A DNA stretch of 59,972 bases, taken from the NCBI GenBank assembly GCA_007117885.1, contig SKFS01000153.1:1-59972 (forward strand), given 5' to 3'. Position 1 is the first letter of the stretch. Every line of letters starts with the position of its first letter. Of this stretch, positions 25,943-35,315 are shown in pieces. This stretch comes from Candidatus Izemoplasma sp. (lineage in GTDB: Bacteria > Bacillota_I > Bacilli_A > Izemoplasmatales > Izemoplasmataceae). The notes below the pieces were generated by a model. It was not told the origin of the DNA, ran no database searches, and worked only from the letters and a program-made list of their open reading frames with translations. The translations under genes were made by a program, and so were the position numbers.

Positions 25943-27379
25943 ATGAGTACATCCCCTACAGAACGCCGTCAAATGCTTGGGCAAATGAATGTTCGGAAAC
26001 TTCTAATAAAACTATCGATTCCGGCAACGATTGCGATGATGGCGAATGCACTTTATAATCTCATTGATACCTTGTTTGTGGCTTGGGGCACCGATATTAT
26101 TGCCATCGGTGCTTTAGCCATTGTTTTTCCGATTCAAATGATCGTCATGGCACTCGGACTCATGATTGGTATTGGGAGTGCCTCCATTTTCTCAAGAGCG
26201 TACGGTAGAAACGACCGTGACGCGATGACACGATCCGTGAATACGGCGTTGTTGCTTAATGTAGTGATATCGGTATTAATTGCGGTTATCGTTTTAATTT
26301 TTATTGATTCCGTCTTAGTGTTTTTTGGTGCATCGGCAGAAAACTTTGATTACGCAAAGGATTATTTAGTCTTTATATTGATTAGTTTAGTGCCATTTTC
26401 TAGTGCCGTGGTATTGAATAACTTAGCGCGTGCTGAAGGGCGACCCAATGTCGCTATGATTGCGCTTTTAATCGGTGCCTTCGTTAATATTATACTCGAC
26501 CCTATATTTATCTTTGACTTTGGTTTTGGTCTCGGTGTCCAAGGCGCAGCGTTAGCCACCTTAATCGCTAAAACATTATCATTTATCTATGTTTTTTACG
26601 CCTCTTTATCCAAAAAATCTGCGCTCGATATCCGGCTTAAAACGATTCATCGTTTTGACCTTAAAATGACCCTAGAAATTATCGCGATAGGCATGCCAAC
26701 GTTTGTCCGTAATACGTTAGGTGCTATCTTAGTCATTATTATCAATCAATTGATTAATCGCTATGCGCCAGTGGATATCGGACCAGGGATATATATATCA
26801 ATCTACGGTGTTATTAATCGTATGATTATGTTTTTACTGTTGCCAGGCTTTGGATTAGTCCAAGGTTTAATTCCGATTGTTGGTTTTAACTTTGGTGCGA
26901 AATTTCATTTGCGTTTATATGAAGTGATCGCCTATGCGATGCGTTTAGTTTTCATTTATTTTGTTGCGATATTTATCATTACACTCCTGTCCGCAGAACT
27001 GCTGTTTAGAGTGTTTAGTCCTGATGCCAATCAGTTGTTTATCGAAGAAGGATCGCGTGCATTTAGAGTAATTTCTGTGGGCTTTGTGATGATTGGATTT
27101 CAAGTGGTTTTATCGAGTGTTTACCAGGCGATGGGTTTTCCTGTGCGTGCCTTTCTAATCGCCATGTCACGTCAGTTTTTGCTGTTTATTCCGATTATTT
27201 ATTTACTGACCTATTTTCTTGGTTTAACAGGCATCTGGTTAACTTTTTTGGTGGCCGACACCTTAGCAGGAACACTGTCTTTCTTTATTTACCGCTATGA
27301 GATGAAAGACTTACGCAAGAAAATCCCTGAGGCTGAGTTCAGTCAGTATTTACAACGCCAAAAAAATCCGAGTTTTTAG
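25943..27379 (+). CDS. MATE-family efflux transporter
   Basis: 478 aa, 12 hydrophobic segments, N-terminal LLIKLSIPATIAMMANALYNLIDTLFV pattern typical of MATE/NorM-type pumps. Confidence 0.88.
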   Translation: MSTSPTERRQMLGQMNVRKLLIKLSIPATIAMMANALYNLIDTLFVAWGTDIIAIGALAIVFPIQMIVMALGLMIGIGSASIFSRAYGRNDRDAMTRSVNTALLLNVVISVLIAVIVLIFIDSVLVFFGASAENFDYAKDYLVFILISLVPFSSAVVLNNLARAEGRPNVAMIALLIGAFVNIILDPIFIFDFGFGLGVQGAALATLIAKTLSFIYVFYASLSKKSALDIRLKTIHRFDLKMTLEIIAIGMPTFVRNTLGAILVIIINQLINRYAPVDIGPGIYISIYGVINRMIMFLLLPGFGLVQGLIPIVGFNFGAKFHLRLYEVIAYAMRLVFIYFVAIFIITLLSAELLFRVFSPDANQLFIEEGSRAFRVISVGFVMIGFQVVLSSVYQAMGFPVRAFLIAMSRQFLLFIPIIYLLTYFLGLTGIWLTFLVADTLAGTLSFFIYRYEMKDLRKKIPEAEFSQYLQRQKNPSF

Positions 27380-27397
27380 ACTCGGATTTATTATTTT
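27364..27397. terminator. Bidirectional hairpin terminator between the MATE gene and the convergent mrp-like gene
   Basis: 10-bp perfect stem aaatccgagt/actcggattt with an A-run upstream and a T-rich tract downstream. The MATE stop codon lies in the loop. Confidence 0.75.
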
Positions 27398-28391
27398 ATC
27401 GTAGCAGTTTATTCGCTAAACCTAAATAGATGACACCAATTTCTTCATGCATATCAAAGAGACTATGATGGCCGCTTTGGGGTTGGCCAATCGGTATTTG
27501 AGCGATTAAATCAGTCGTCAGTTTATCGGCAACAATTTTCCCGCCACCTTCACCAAAAATAGGGATTAACTGATCATCGTGTTTATAATAACTCATGTTT
27601 TCAATGACACCAATAATGGAATGTTTGAGCTCCTTCGCTGCAAAGCCAGCTTTAACCGCAACATGCGAGGCACTCGCATGGGGAGTGGTTACAATTAAAA
27701 TTTCACATTCAGGAATCAGTTTTTGAATATCAATGGCCACATCACCGGTGCCAGGTGGTAAATCAACAATCACGTAATCAAGATCATCGTGCCATTTGAC
27801 ATCGTAAAAAAAGTGGTTCAGCATTTTGCCTAACATCGGTCCCCGCCACATTAGGGGAGTGTCTTCCTTCATAAAAAACTCTGTTGAAATAATCTCGATG
27901 TTACGCTCAGTAAAAGGAATGATTTTTTCATTCTCATCGGCTTTTGGCAAGCGCACTTCCATATCAAAAATCGTCGGAATACTTGAGCCATAAATATCCG
28001 CATCAATAATCGCGACTCTTTTGCCTAAACGATTCAGCGCAAGCGCTAAGTTCGCGGCGACCGTGGACTTCCCTACGCCCCCTTTACCACTAGCTATACC
28101 AATGTATTTTAGCTTTTTTTCTCTCGCTAAAATACTATCGGTACGCTTTAAAAGCTCAAAATCTATTTTCACACCATGATACTTTAAATCGATTTTAATG
28201 ACCTTGGCAATCTCACGGGTCATTTTATGTTTGATGGTGTCTTCAATCGTTTCTAAAGCAATGATTAAGTTCACTGTTTTTTTGTCTTCTTCAACAGAGA
28301 TATACTTAACCCCTTTTGTTTCTTTCAAAGTTTTCTGACTCGTTGGATCAATCAGTTTTTCTAACGCGTCTTGAATCTGTTGTTTTTCCAT
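27396..28391 (-). CDS. Mrp/NBP35/ApbC-family P-loop ATPase (SalA-like form without CxxC)
   Basis: N-terminal DUF59-like segment, deviant Walker A SGKGGVGKST and DLPPGTGD. Start taken at MEKQQIQ (ATG 28391) after GGGTGA. Confidence 0.85.
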   Translation of the reverse strand: MEKQQIQDALEKLIDPTSQKTLKETKGVKYISVEEDKKTVNLIIALETIEDTIKHKMTREIAKVIKIDLKYHGVKIDFELLKRTDSILAREKKLKYIGIASGKGGVGKSTVAANLALALNRLGKRVAIIDADIYGSSIPTIFDMEVRLPKADENEKIIPFTERNIEIISTEFFMKEDTPLMWRGPMLGKMLNHFFYDVKWHDDLDYVIVDLPPGTGDVAIDIQKLIPECEILIVTTPHASASHVAVKAGFAAKELKHSIIGVIENMSYYKHDDQLIPIFGEGGGKIVADKLTTDLIAQIPIGQPQSGHHSLFDMHEEIGVIYLGLANKLLR

Positions 28392-28444
28392 TATATCACC
28401 CGGTATCATTATAGAGAATTGCGCTGTATAAAGCAATTGAAACA

Positions 28445-29590
28445 CTAAAGTATTATGACCGGTTCAAACTCTTTTTTAAGTAAGTTTTTGCGGTAAACCA
28501 AATCGTATATCTCAGTTATTTTTAGTTCAATATCAAGATAAGGATGACGCACTTTTTTAATTTTTGTGATTAGCGGTACTGGCAAGTCAGCCTTAATTGA
28601 GTTCAAATAGTTTTGACCCTTACTGTTCATACCTAAGACACGGATGTAAGGCACACTGTAGCTGACAATGTCAGCCTTTTTAATGTCGATTAAACAGGCC
28701 ATCATCGTCCGCCGAATTTTCGCATGCGTGTAACGTCGGCTAATGACGGCGTCAATAAACTGGGCGCTATTTTCTGGATTAGAAACCTGCTTAAAACGAT
28801 TCTCTAAGCCTTCTTCAATACCATGGATTAACGCTAAATCCTGAAGAGAAGTACTCTTAATCTTATAAAAAAAGTAAGGGTAGAAGTCATCCCATGTCGG
28901 CATCGTATGTGTGTGCAAACTTTGCAGAACATACTCAGGCACGTAGTCAGCATAGGGTTCTTTACTTTGGTGTCTCTTGCGAATTGCCGTGGCACTTTGG
29001 ATATGGGTGGCATCATCGATATCATCGTAATACTGTGTTTGAATCCGTTTAATTGCTTTCATTGCGGGCTTCGGTGAGAGGCTTTGTGCCGCTTTAATGT
29101 ACTGAATACCTAAGATATTGTTGGGGGTCGTATGGCTATCATCAAACCCGAGCTCTTTGAGCGCTAAACTACTACTTGAAGGATAGCTTTTTCCTTGGTC
29201 TAAATAGTGTTTTACCGTATCATTATAACGCTTTGAGTCAAGCGCTAAGGCAACACCGTAAAGCGGTTCTATCTCGCCTGTTTCACTGCCAAAATAAACC
29301 TCCATAACACCTAAACTATGGAGGATTTCAATGCTTGTTTTGGCGAAATATTCAGCACTTTGAATCGAGAAAACACCGGGTAACTCGATGACGAGATCAA
29401 TCCCCGCTTTTAACGCCCACATGGTTTTAGTGAACTTATCGATCACACTAAACTCTCCACGCTGCACTAAATGACCGCTCATGACAGCGACCAAAACGTC
29501 CGCCTTCGAGGCTTTCTTAGTTTCTTCAATATGATAAATGTGGCCATAATGTAAAGGGTTATATTCCACGACAATTCCGACGATTTTCAT
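28445..29590 (-). CDS. tmcAL: YlbM/UPF0348-type nucleotidyltransferase (tRNA-Met cytidine acetate ligase TmcAL family)
   Basis: MKIVGIVVEYNPLHYGHIYHI HxGH-type motif, about 380 aa, divergent from ylbN-rpmF as in Bacillus. ATG at 29590 after GAGGTGAAGAGG. Confidence 0.8.
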   Translation of the reverse strand: MKIVGIVVEYNPLHYGHIYHIEETKKASKADVLVAVMSGHLVQRGEFSVIDKFTKTMWALKAGIDLVIELPGVFSIQSAEYFAKTSIEILHSLGVMEVYFGSETGEIEPLYGVALALDSKRYNDTVKHYLDQGKSYPSSSSLALKELGFDDSHTTPNNILGIQYIKAAQSLSPKPAMKAIKRIQTQYYDDIDDATHIQSATAIRKRHQSKEPYADYVPEYVLQSLHTHTMPTWDDFYPYFFYKIKSTSLQDLALIHGIEEGLENRFKQVSNPENSAQFIDAVISRRYTHAKIRRTMMACLIDIKKADIVSYSVPYIRVLGMNSKGQNYLNSIKADLPVPLITKIKKVRHPYLDIELKITEIYDLVYRKNLLKKEFEPVIIL

Positions 29591-29625
29591 CCTCTTCACC
29601 TCTTCACACACATTATACCTTATAT

Positions 29626-29654
29626 TTGACAATATCCTCATAAAAACATATAAT
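29626..29654 (+). promoter_or_regulatory. Consensus sigma-A promoter for ylbN-rpmF
   Basis: TTGACA (29626-29631), exactly 17 nt, TATAAT (29649-29654). Confidence 0.7.
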
Positions 29655-29678
29655 TTACCCACGAGGGAGGTGCATTAA

Positions 29679-30134
29679 ATGCGTTACACATTAGCCCAAT
29701 TAAGGAAACGTCAATCGCAAGATAACCAGTTCGAAGAAACGCTTGATTTCTCGTCATTTTTAGAAGACAACACAGATTTTTTAGCGGTTTCTCCTGTGTC
29801 TGTTAAGGGGCATTTCACCATAGAAGCCGATCGATACTATCATTTCCATATGGGGATCAGAACAACCATAACAATGGCGTGTGCCATCACATTGAAACCC
29901 GTTGATATTGACTTAGATTTTCATGTTGTTGAGACGTTTAGTACCGATAGCAATGATGAATATCATCAAGTTGAAGGAATAACAGTTGACTTATTGCCGA
30001 TAATATGGTCTAATATATATTTGGAAAAACCTTTACGCGTGGTGGCAGAAGGCGCAGAGTATAAAAACCCTGAAAAACCGAAAAAACCACAAGTAAATCC
30101 GAGTTTTAAAGACTTAGAAAAATACAAGCGATAG
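29679..30134 (+). CDS. YceD/DUF177-family protein (YlbN-like)
   Basis: 151-aa acidic protein directly upstream of rpmF, the conserved yceD/ylbN-rpmF pairing. Confidence 0.8.
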   Translation: MRYTLAQLRKRQSQDNQFEETLDFSSFLEDNTDFLAVSPVSVKGHFTIEADRYYHFHMGIRTTITMACAITLKPVDIDLDFHVVETFSTDSNDEYHQVEGITVDLLPIIWSNIYLEKPLRVVAEGAEYKNPEKPKKPQVNPSFKDLEKYKR

Positions 30135-30144
30135 GAGGCATAGT

Positions 30145-30339
30145 ATGGCAGTTCCCCAAAGAAGAACATCGAAAACACGCAAACGTAAACGTCGCACACA
30201 CTTTAAAATAAGTGTCCCAGGAATGGTTGTTTGTCCAAACTGCGGTGAGATGAAATTAGCGCATCGTGTATGTAAAGAATGCGGACATTACAAAGGTCGC
30301 GTTGTGATTGAAGAACAAGAGGAAATCGAAGCAGAATAG
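30145..30339 (+). CDS. rpmF: 50S ribosomal protein L32 (zinc-ribbon form)
   Basis: [21 protein letters not shown] with CPNCGE...CKECGHY. Confidence 0.93.
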   Translation: MAVPQRRTSKTRKRKRRTHFKISVPGMVVCPNCGEMKLAHRVCKECGHYKGRVVIEEQEEIEAE

Positions 30340-30349
30340 GTACAGAAAG

Positions 30350-30375
30350 AAGCGCTGAAAACAGCGTTTTTCTTT
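30350..30375 (+). terminator. Hairpin terminator after rpmF
   Basis: Stem aagcgctg/cagcgttt (one G-U pair), loop aaaa, T-rich tail. Only about 20 nt remain before rsmH and no promoter is visible there. Confidence 0.6.
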
Positions 30376-30394
30376 TCTCTAAAGGAGAATCAAA

Positions 30395-31318
30395 ATGGAA
30401 CATAAGACGGTATTATTAAAAGAAGCCATCGATTATTTAGCATTGAAACCCGATGGTATATATGTCGATTGTACACTCGGTGGTGGCGGCCATTCTGAAG
30501 CCATCGTAAAAGTGCTTGACAAAGGCCATCTTTTTTGTTTTGACCAAGATGAATTCGCCCTCAGTAAAGCGAAAGAACGGTTATCAGCCTATCAAGATAA
30601 AATCACTTTCATTCATGCTAACTTCGCTAAGCTTAATCACTACTTAGCGTTGCACAACATTGAGTTTGTCGACGGGGTTCTTTACGATTTAGGCGTCTCC
30701 TCGTTTCATTTTGACGACAAGGATCGTGGCTTTAGCTATCAACACGATGCACCCCTTGATATGCGGATGGACCCATCGCAAACTGTCACCGCTAAAGACC
30801 TCGTCAATCGTTTAGAAGAAAAAGAACTAAAAAGCATTCTCTATCGTTACGCCGATGAAGTGTTCGCACCAAGAATTGCACAGAACATCGTAAAAAGACG
30901 TCAAGAAAAACCAATTGAAACAACATTCGAACTCGTAGACATTGTCAAAGCATCCTTGCCAAACAAAGTCTTACGTCAAAAAGGTCATCCTGCTAAAAAG
31001 ACCTTCCAAGCATTAAGAATCGCGGTGAATGACGAGTTGCGTGTGTTTGAAGACTCGCTTAAACAAGCGATTGAAAAGTTGAGAATTGACGGTCGTGTTG
31101 TCGTGATTAGTTTCCATTCTTTAGAAGACCGAATTGCGAAGCATATGTTTCGTGATTATTCAACGGTCGATCATCCTAAAGAGCTTTTAACCATGCCAGA
31201 AAAAGATCCTGATTATGCATTAGTAAACAAAAAAATCGTCTTGCCATCGGCCCAAGAAATCCTTGAAAATAATCGTGCCCATAGCGCAAAAATGCGTGCT
31301 ATTAAGAAAATCAAATAA
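30395..31318 (+). CDS. rsmH: 16S rRNA (cytosine1402-N4)-methyltransferase RsmH (MraW)
   Basis: HKTVLLKEAIDYL, DCTLGGGGHS and YDLGVSS motifs, with C-terminal NNRAHSAKMRAIKK. Confidence 0.92.
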   Translation: MEHKTVLLKEAIDYLALKPDGIYVDCTLGGGGHSEAIVKVLDKGHLFCFDQDEFALSKAKERLSAYQDKITFIHANFAKLNHYLALHNIEFVDGVLYDLGVSSFHFDDKDRGFSYQHDAPLDMRMDPSQTVTAKDLVNRLEEKELKSILYRYADEVFAPRIAQNIVKRRQEKPIETTFELVDIVKASLPNKVLRQKGHPAKKTFQALRIAVNDELRVFEDSLKQAIEKLRIDGRVVVISFHSLEDRIAKHMFRDYSTVDHPKELLTMPEKDPDYALVNKKIVLPSAQEILENNRAHSAKMRAIKKIK

Positions 31319-31342
31319 GCAGGAAAAATGTTGCCTAAACTA

Positions 31343-31372
31343 TTGACAATTTTGACTTTCGTGTGCTATTAT
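31343..31372 (+). promoter_or_regulatory. Promoter for the solitary tRNA-Gly gene
   Basis: TTGACA (31343-31348), 18-nt spacer, TGcTATTAT (31364-31372). The tRNA starts about 19 nt after the -10 element. Confidence 0.55.
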
Positions 31373-31390
31373 ACATAGGCTAGTGTTTTC

Positions 31391-31464
31391 GCGGGTGTAG
31401 TTTAATGGTAGAACTTCAGCCTTCCAAGCTGACCGTGAGGGTTCGATTCCCTTCACCCGCTCCA
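31391..31464 (+). tRNA. tRNA-Gly (anticodon UCC), CCA encoded
   Basis: Acceptor stem GCGGGTG/CACCCGC, anticodon stem TCAGC/GCTGA, loop CTTCCAA (anticodon TCC), T-arm GAGGG-TTCGATT-CCCTT, discriminator T plus CCA. Confidence 0.9.
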
Positions 31465-31476
31465 TCGAAATTTCGA

Positions 31477-31504
31477 CCGTTTACGAAAAGTGAACGGTTT
31501 TTTT
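31477..31504 (+). terminator. Terminator after tRNA-Gly
   Basis: Stem ccgtttac/gtgaacgg (one G-U pair), loop gaaaa, then TTTTTTT. Confidence 0.7.
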
Positions 31505-31542
31505 ATTGACAACAACAAGGAACAGTTGCGCTAATAAAAAAA

Positions 31543-32532
31543 CTATCGGCTCGATAGTCTTTTTATTTTAAAGTCAGGATAACGTTCATGAAACGCGATT
31601 TTTTCACTTAGAAACGTATCAAGTTCTAAAGTGATTTGGTATAAAATCGAACGATACTCAAACTCACTTCGTGTTGTCGGCAATGCCATTTTACGATACT
31701 GATTTAACAGCGTATGCAAGGATTTTTTTTGTCTGGATGCTTTGTCCGCGTGGCCGACATCGTCTTTAAGGTTTAAAACATATTCACCAAGCTTAATCGC
31801 GTGTTCACTCGTTTCATTGGTTTGGAGAATTAAACCTAACATGCGATCGATTTGAGTCATCTGAGCATTACGAACATTTAAGTAATGAATTAGGCGATAG
31901 TCATGATCGAACAAGATATCTTTGTCTATCAGTTCAGCGTCACCCTTAAATTGTTCAAGCGCATTTTTATTAGTGACGTGTTGCGCTAAGGCCCGATCAT
32001 TGTCAATACTCCCGTTGATTCGTGCCGCAAGGTTTGCAAGATCATTGCGTATAAGTGCATCGATATTCTCAATAAGATTCAATAGTTTTCTTTGACTATT
32101 TAAAGGATAAATCGAGTTGACAAGTAAGGCTATGGTTATTGCGATGGCCATAATCGAAACACTGTTAATCAAAATAGCCCAGTCAAACTGACCAGCATCG
32201 AGCACATGCGACACTAAAACCAATGTGGGAACAATCCCAATCGTTAGTTTCAAAGCAAAAGATATAAAGATGAACACGGCCGTAAATAAGGCAAAAACTA
32301 TTAAGTTATAGCCAAAGGTAAGAAACATAATCAGGGCGATAAAAAGACCAATGATAGAACTCAAAAAGCGCTCTAACGCATTAAGAAGTGAGTCTCTACG
32401 GGTTAACTGAATCGATAATACAGCCAAAATACCCGCGGTAATGGCATACTCTAAACCTAAGCTCATTGCAATAAGTATTGTAATAATACTCGCTGTACTC
32501 ATTTTTATTGTAAGATGAATATAACGTGACAT
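31543..32532 (-). CDS. Aromatic acid exporter (ArAE)/FUSC-like membrane protein (YgaE/UPF0421-like)
   Basis: N-terminal half has about 5 TM helices (IITILIAMSLGLEYAITAGILAVLSIQ...). C-terminal half is a soluble helical domain. Confidence 0.6.
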   Translation of the reverse strand: MSRYIHLTIKMSTASIITILIAMSLGLEYAITAGILAVLSIQLTRRDSLLNALERFLSSIIGLFIALIMFLTFGYNLIVFALFTAVFIFISFALKLTIGIVPTLVLVSHVLDAGQFDWAILINSVSIMAIAITIALLVNSIYPLNSQRKLLNLIENIDALIRNDLANLAARINGSIDNDRALAQHVTNKNALEQFKGDAELIDKDILFDHDYRLIHYLNVRNAQMTQIDRMLGLILQTNETSEHAIKLGEYVLNLKDDVGHADKASRQKKSLHTLLNQYRKMALPTTRSEFEYRSILYQITLELDTFLSEKIAFHERYPDFKIKRLSSR

Positions 32533-32660
32533 AAAATCACCTCCAAGGCTTAATCATTATCTCAAAACCAACTAGAGTTTGTCAAATAATCTAACAGTGT
32601 AATAGTAAAAAAACCAGGAATAAGGTATAATAGCAATGATTAAAGGAAAGAAGCGATACC

Positions 32661-33692
32661 ATGAAAACCACCATTTATCAATTAAAGGATATGCAACGTA
32701 AAACAACCGCAGAGCATCTCAAACAAGTCATCGATCAAGGTGGCCTTATTGTGTTTCCTACAGAAACCGTATATGGCATTGGTGCGAACGCTTTTGACCC
32801 GGCCGCAGCCGAAAAAATCTACCGTGTTAAAGGGCGGCCTAAAGACAACCCTTTAATTGTTCATATTGATCATCTCCATCAGTTGAAACGCCTTACCAAA
32901 ACCATCTCTGATGAGGCTAAGCGATTAATTCAAGCGTTTTGGCCTGGACCGTTAACGTTGGTCTTCCAGAAAACAAACGAGGTTCCTAAGACGATTACGG
33001 GAAACTTAGATACCGTCGCAGTTCGCTTTCCTGCAAACGCCATTGCACAACACGTTATTGGTGTTGTAAAAACACCCTTATGTGCCCCGAGCGCAAACAT
33101 TAGTGGAAAACCGTCCTCAACCCTTTTTGAACATGTGAAAAAAGATTTAGAAGGAAAGGTCGATATCATTATCGATGGGGGAAAATCAACGATAGGTCTA
33201 GAGTCAACGGTGCTTGATTTAACGACATCACCGCCAACCATTTTACGGCCCGGGTCAGTCACGAAAGCAATGATTGAAGCGGTGCTTGAAAAACCGATCG
33301 ATGATGCTTCGGAAGTCTATCAAATCGCACCCCGATCACCCGGTATGAAGTATACTCACTATAAGCCCCAAGGGGATATTGTTTTACTCGAAGGACCAAC
33401 TCAGAAAATCATTGATGTGATGAATCAAGCAGCCTTAGAAGAAGGCGATCGATGCGCTTTTATTTGTGCCCATGAGGTGTCCGAAAAACTCATTGGACAG
33501 AACGTATTTGACTTAGGATCAATAAACGATCCCGAAACCATCGCTTCAAACTTGTTTATTGCCTTAAGAACGATGGATGATTTAAACATTACTACCATTT
33601 ACATGCACACCTTTTCTAAAACGCATATCGGAAGTGCCATTATGAACCGCCTATTAAAAGCCGCAGGCTATAAAGTTGTGAAAGTAGCGTGA
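32661..33692 (+). CDS. tsaC: L-threonylcarbamoyladenylate synthase, long Sua5/YwlC form
   Basis: FPTETVYGIGANAFD, RVKGRPKDNPLIVH and PSANISGKPS motifs, plus a C-terminal Sua5 domain. Confidence 0.88.
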   Translation: MKTTIYQLKDMQRKTTAEHLKQVIDQGGLIVFPTETVYGIGANAFDPAAAEKIYRVKGRPKDNPLIVHIDHLHQLKRLTKTISDEAKRLIQAFWPGPLTLVFQKTNEVPKTITGNLDTVAVRFPANAIAQHVIGVVKTPLCAPSANISGKPSSTLFEHVKKDLEGKVDIIIDGGKSTIGLESTVLDLTTSPPTILRPGSVTKAMIEAVLEKPIDDASEVYQIAPRSPGMKYTHYKPQGDIVLLEGPTQKIIDVMNQAALEEGDRCAFICAHEVSEKLIGQNVFDLGSINDPETIASNLFIALRTMDDLNITTIYMHTFSKTHIGSAIMNRLLKAAGYKVVKVA

Positions 33693-33696
33693 ATCT

Positions 33697-34893
33697 ATGA
33701 AAATTTTCTATCGTTTCTATCAATGGATATTACGGGGTGTTTCGCCCTTACTACCTTGGCGGATTCCCACGCTCATAGAAGGACCGGGAGCGCTTGAAAA
33801 TGTGCCTGAAAGCATGGCGAACTTAGCGATGAAAAAAGCGTTGATTGTCACCGATCAAGGACTCGTCGATAGCGGTTTAGTTCGCCATCTCCAAAAAATC
33901 TTAGAAAGCCACCAATGCCCTTATCATCTCTTCGCTGAAACCGAAGCCAATCCAAGTATCGAAACCATTCTTAAGGCAAAAACTGCCTATCTCAATGCCG
34001 GCTGTGATGGGCTCATCGCTTTTGGCGGCGGCTCACCCATCGATTGTGCCAAAGTGTTAGGCGCGAGCATCGCTCGACCGAAGAAGCCCATTGAAAAAAT
34101 GAAAGGGATATTAAAAATCCGTAAGGCCATTCCACCTCTCATCGCCATTCCTACGACAGCAGGCACGGGTTCTGAAGCGACACTTGCCGCGGTGGTGTCC
34201 AATCCAAAAACGAAAGAAAAATATGCGATTAATGATCACGCATTAATTCCAAACGTTGCGATTTTAGATGCTGAACTTACGGTAAAACTGCCACCATCAC
34301 TGACCGCTTATACTGGAATGGATGCTTTGACCCATGCCATTGAAGCGGCCATTGGTCGAAGCAATACTAAGGACACATGGGCTTGGAGTGAAAAAGCCAT
34401 TACGCTAATTCATCAAGCGTTAGTTCGTGCCACTACGCATCCTGAAGATCTCAATGCACGCGCGCAGATGTTGAAAGCGTCCTATTATGCAGGGCTTTCG
34501 TTTACCCGTGCTTATGTTGGGAACATCCATGCCATCGCGCATACACTCGGCGGTTTTTATCGGCTTCCTCACGGCTACACGAATGCGGTTATCTTACCGA
34601 GGGTGTTAAGGGCTTATGGCGACAGTGTCGTAAAACCTCTTGCTAAGATGGCTAGAACCCTCTATCCTGAACTCAACTCAACGTCAGATCAAACCTGTGC
34701 CAACCATTTCATTGAGTGGATAGAGAGTCTAAACAGCCGCTTTAACATTCCTCAGCATATTCCCGAAATTCAAACCTCTGACATTGCCATTATGGCAAAA
34801 AGAGCCTATAAAGAAGCAAATCCGCTCTATCCTGTGCCGATGATTTTTAGTTTAGCACAGTTTAAAGAAATTTATCATCAACTTAAAGCATAA
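33697..34893 (+). CDS. Iron-containing (group III) alcohol dehydrogenase
   Basis: GGGSPIDCAK and PTTAGTGSE motifs and His-rich metal-site blocks (HAIEA, HAIAHTLGG). Confidence 0.88.
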   Translation: MKIFYRFYQWILRGVSPLLPWRIPTLIEGPGALENVPESMANLAMKKALIVTDQGLVDSGLVRHLQKILESHQCPYHLFAETEANPSIETILKAKTAYLNAGCDGLIAFGGGSPIDCAKVLGASIARPKKPIEKMKGILKIRKAIPPLIAIPTTAGTGSEATLAAVVSNPKTKEKYAINDHALIPNVAILDAELTVKLPPSLTAYTGMDALTHAIEAAIGRSNTKDTWAWSEKAITLIHQALVRATTHPEDLNARAQMLKASYYAGLSFTRAYVGNIHAIAHTLGGFYRLPHGYTNAVILPRVLRAYGDSVVKPLAKMARTLYPELNSTSDQTCANHFIEWIESLNSRFNIPQHIPEIQTSDIAIMAKRAYKEANPLYPVPMIFSLAQFKEIYHQLKA

Positions 34894-34917
34894 AAAAAGT
34901 TCCCGCTGGGAACTTTT
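34892..34917. terminator. Bidirectional hairpin between the adh gene and the convergent osmC-like gene
   Basis: Stem aagttccc/gggaactt, loop gct, with an A-run upstream and T residues downstream. Confidence 0.7.
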
Positions 34918-34919
34918 CC

Positions 34920-35315
34920 TTATTTAAAGGTGATCGTTGTCGACATCTCGGCAACTTTTGCGATTGTTTGGTAAACACTGCAATATTCTGTTGCTAAATC
35001 CATCGCTTTTTGATATTGGCTTTCTTTACCTTGTTCAGCCCCTTTAAGAACAACACTGACTGCGACAGTTTCTAAAGTTGTTGGGACCTCTTTACGTTTT
35101 TCACCGATAATATCGTACGAGACCGAATGAAACGATAATTTTTTCTTATCAACAATGCTTTGAAACGTGTGATTCAAACACGCCGCAAGGCCGCCTAAAA
35201 ACATATCATACGCTGCCAAAGCCCCTTCTTCAGAACCGACTCGTGTTGCCCCGTGATGCCCTGTTAAAATACCATGATAATTGTTGTCAAAAACCATTTT
35301 AATCTTATTTGCCAT
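34920..35315 (-). CDS. OsmC/Ohr-family peroxiredoxin-like protein
   Basis: 131 aa with the two conserved Cys contexts (GGLAACLNH and ATEYCSVYQ). The start overlaps the ppa stop by 11 nt. Confidence 0.8.
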   Translation of the reverse strand: MANKIKMVFDNNYHGILTGHHGATRVGSEEGALAAYDMFLGGLAACLNHTFQSIVDKKKLSFHSVSYDIIGEKRKEVPTTLETVAVSVVLKGAEQGKESQYQKAMDLATEYCSVYQTIAKVAEMSTTITFK

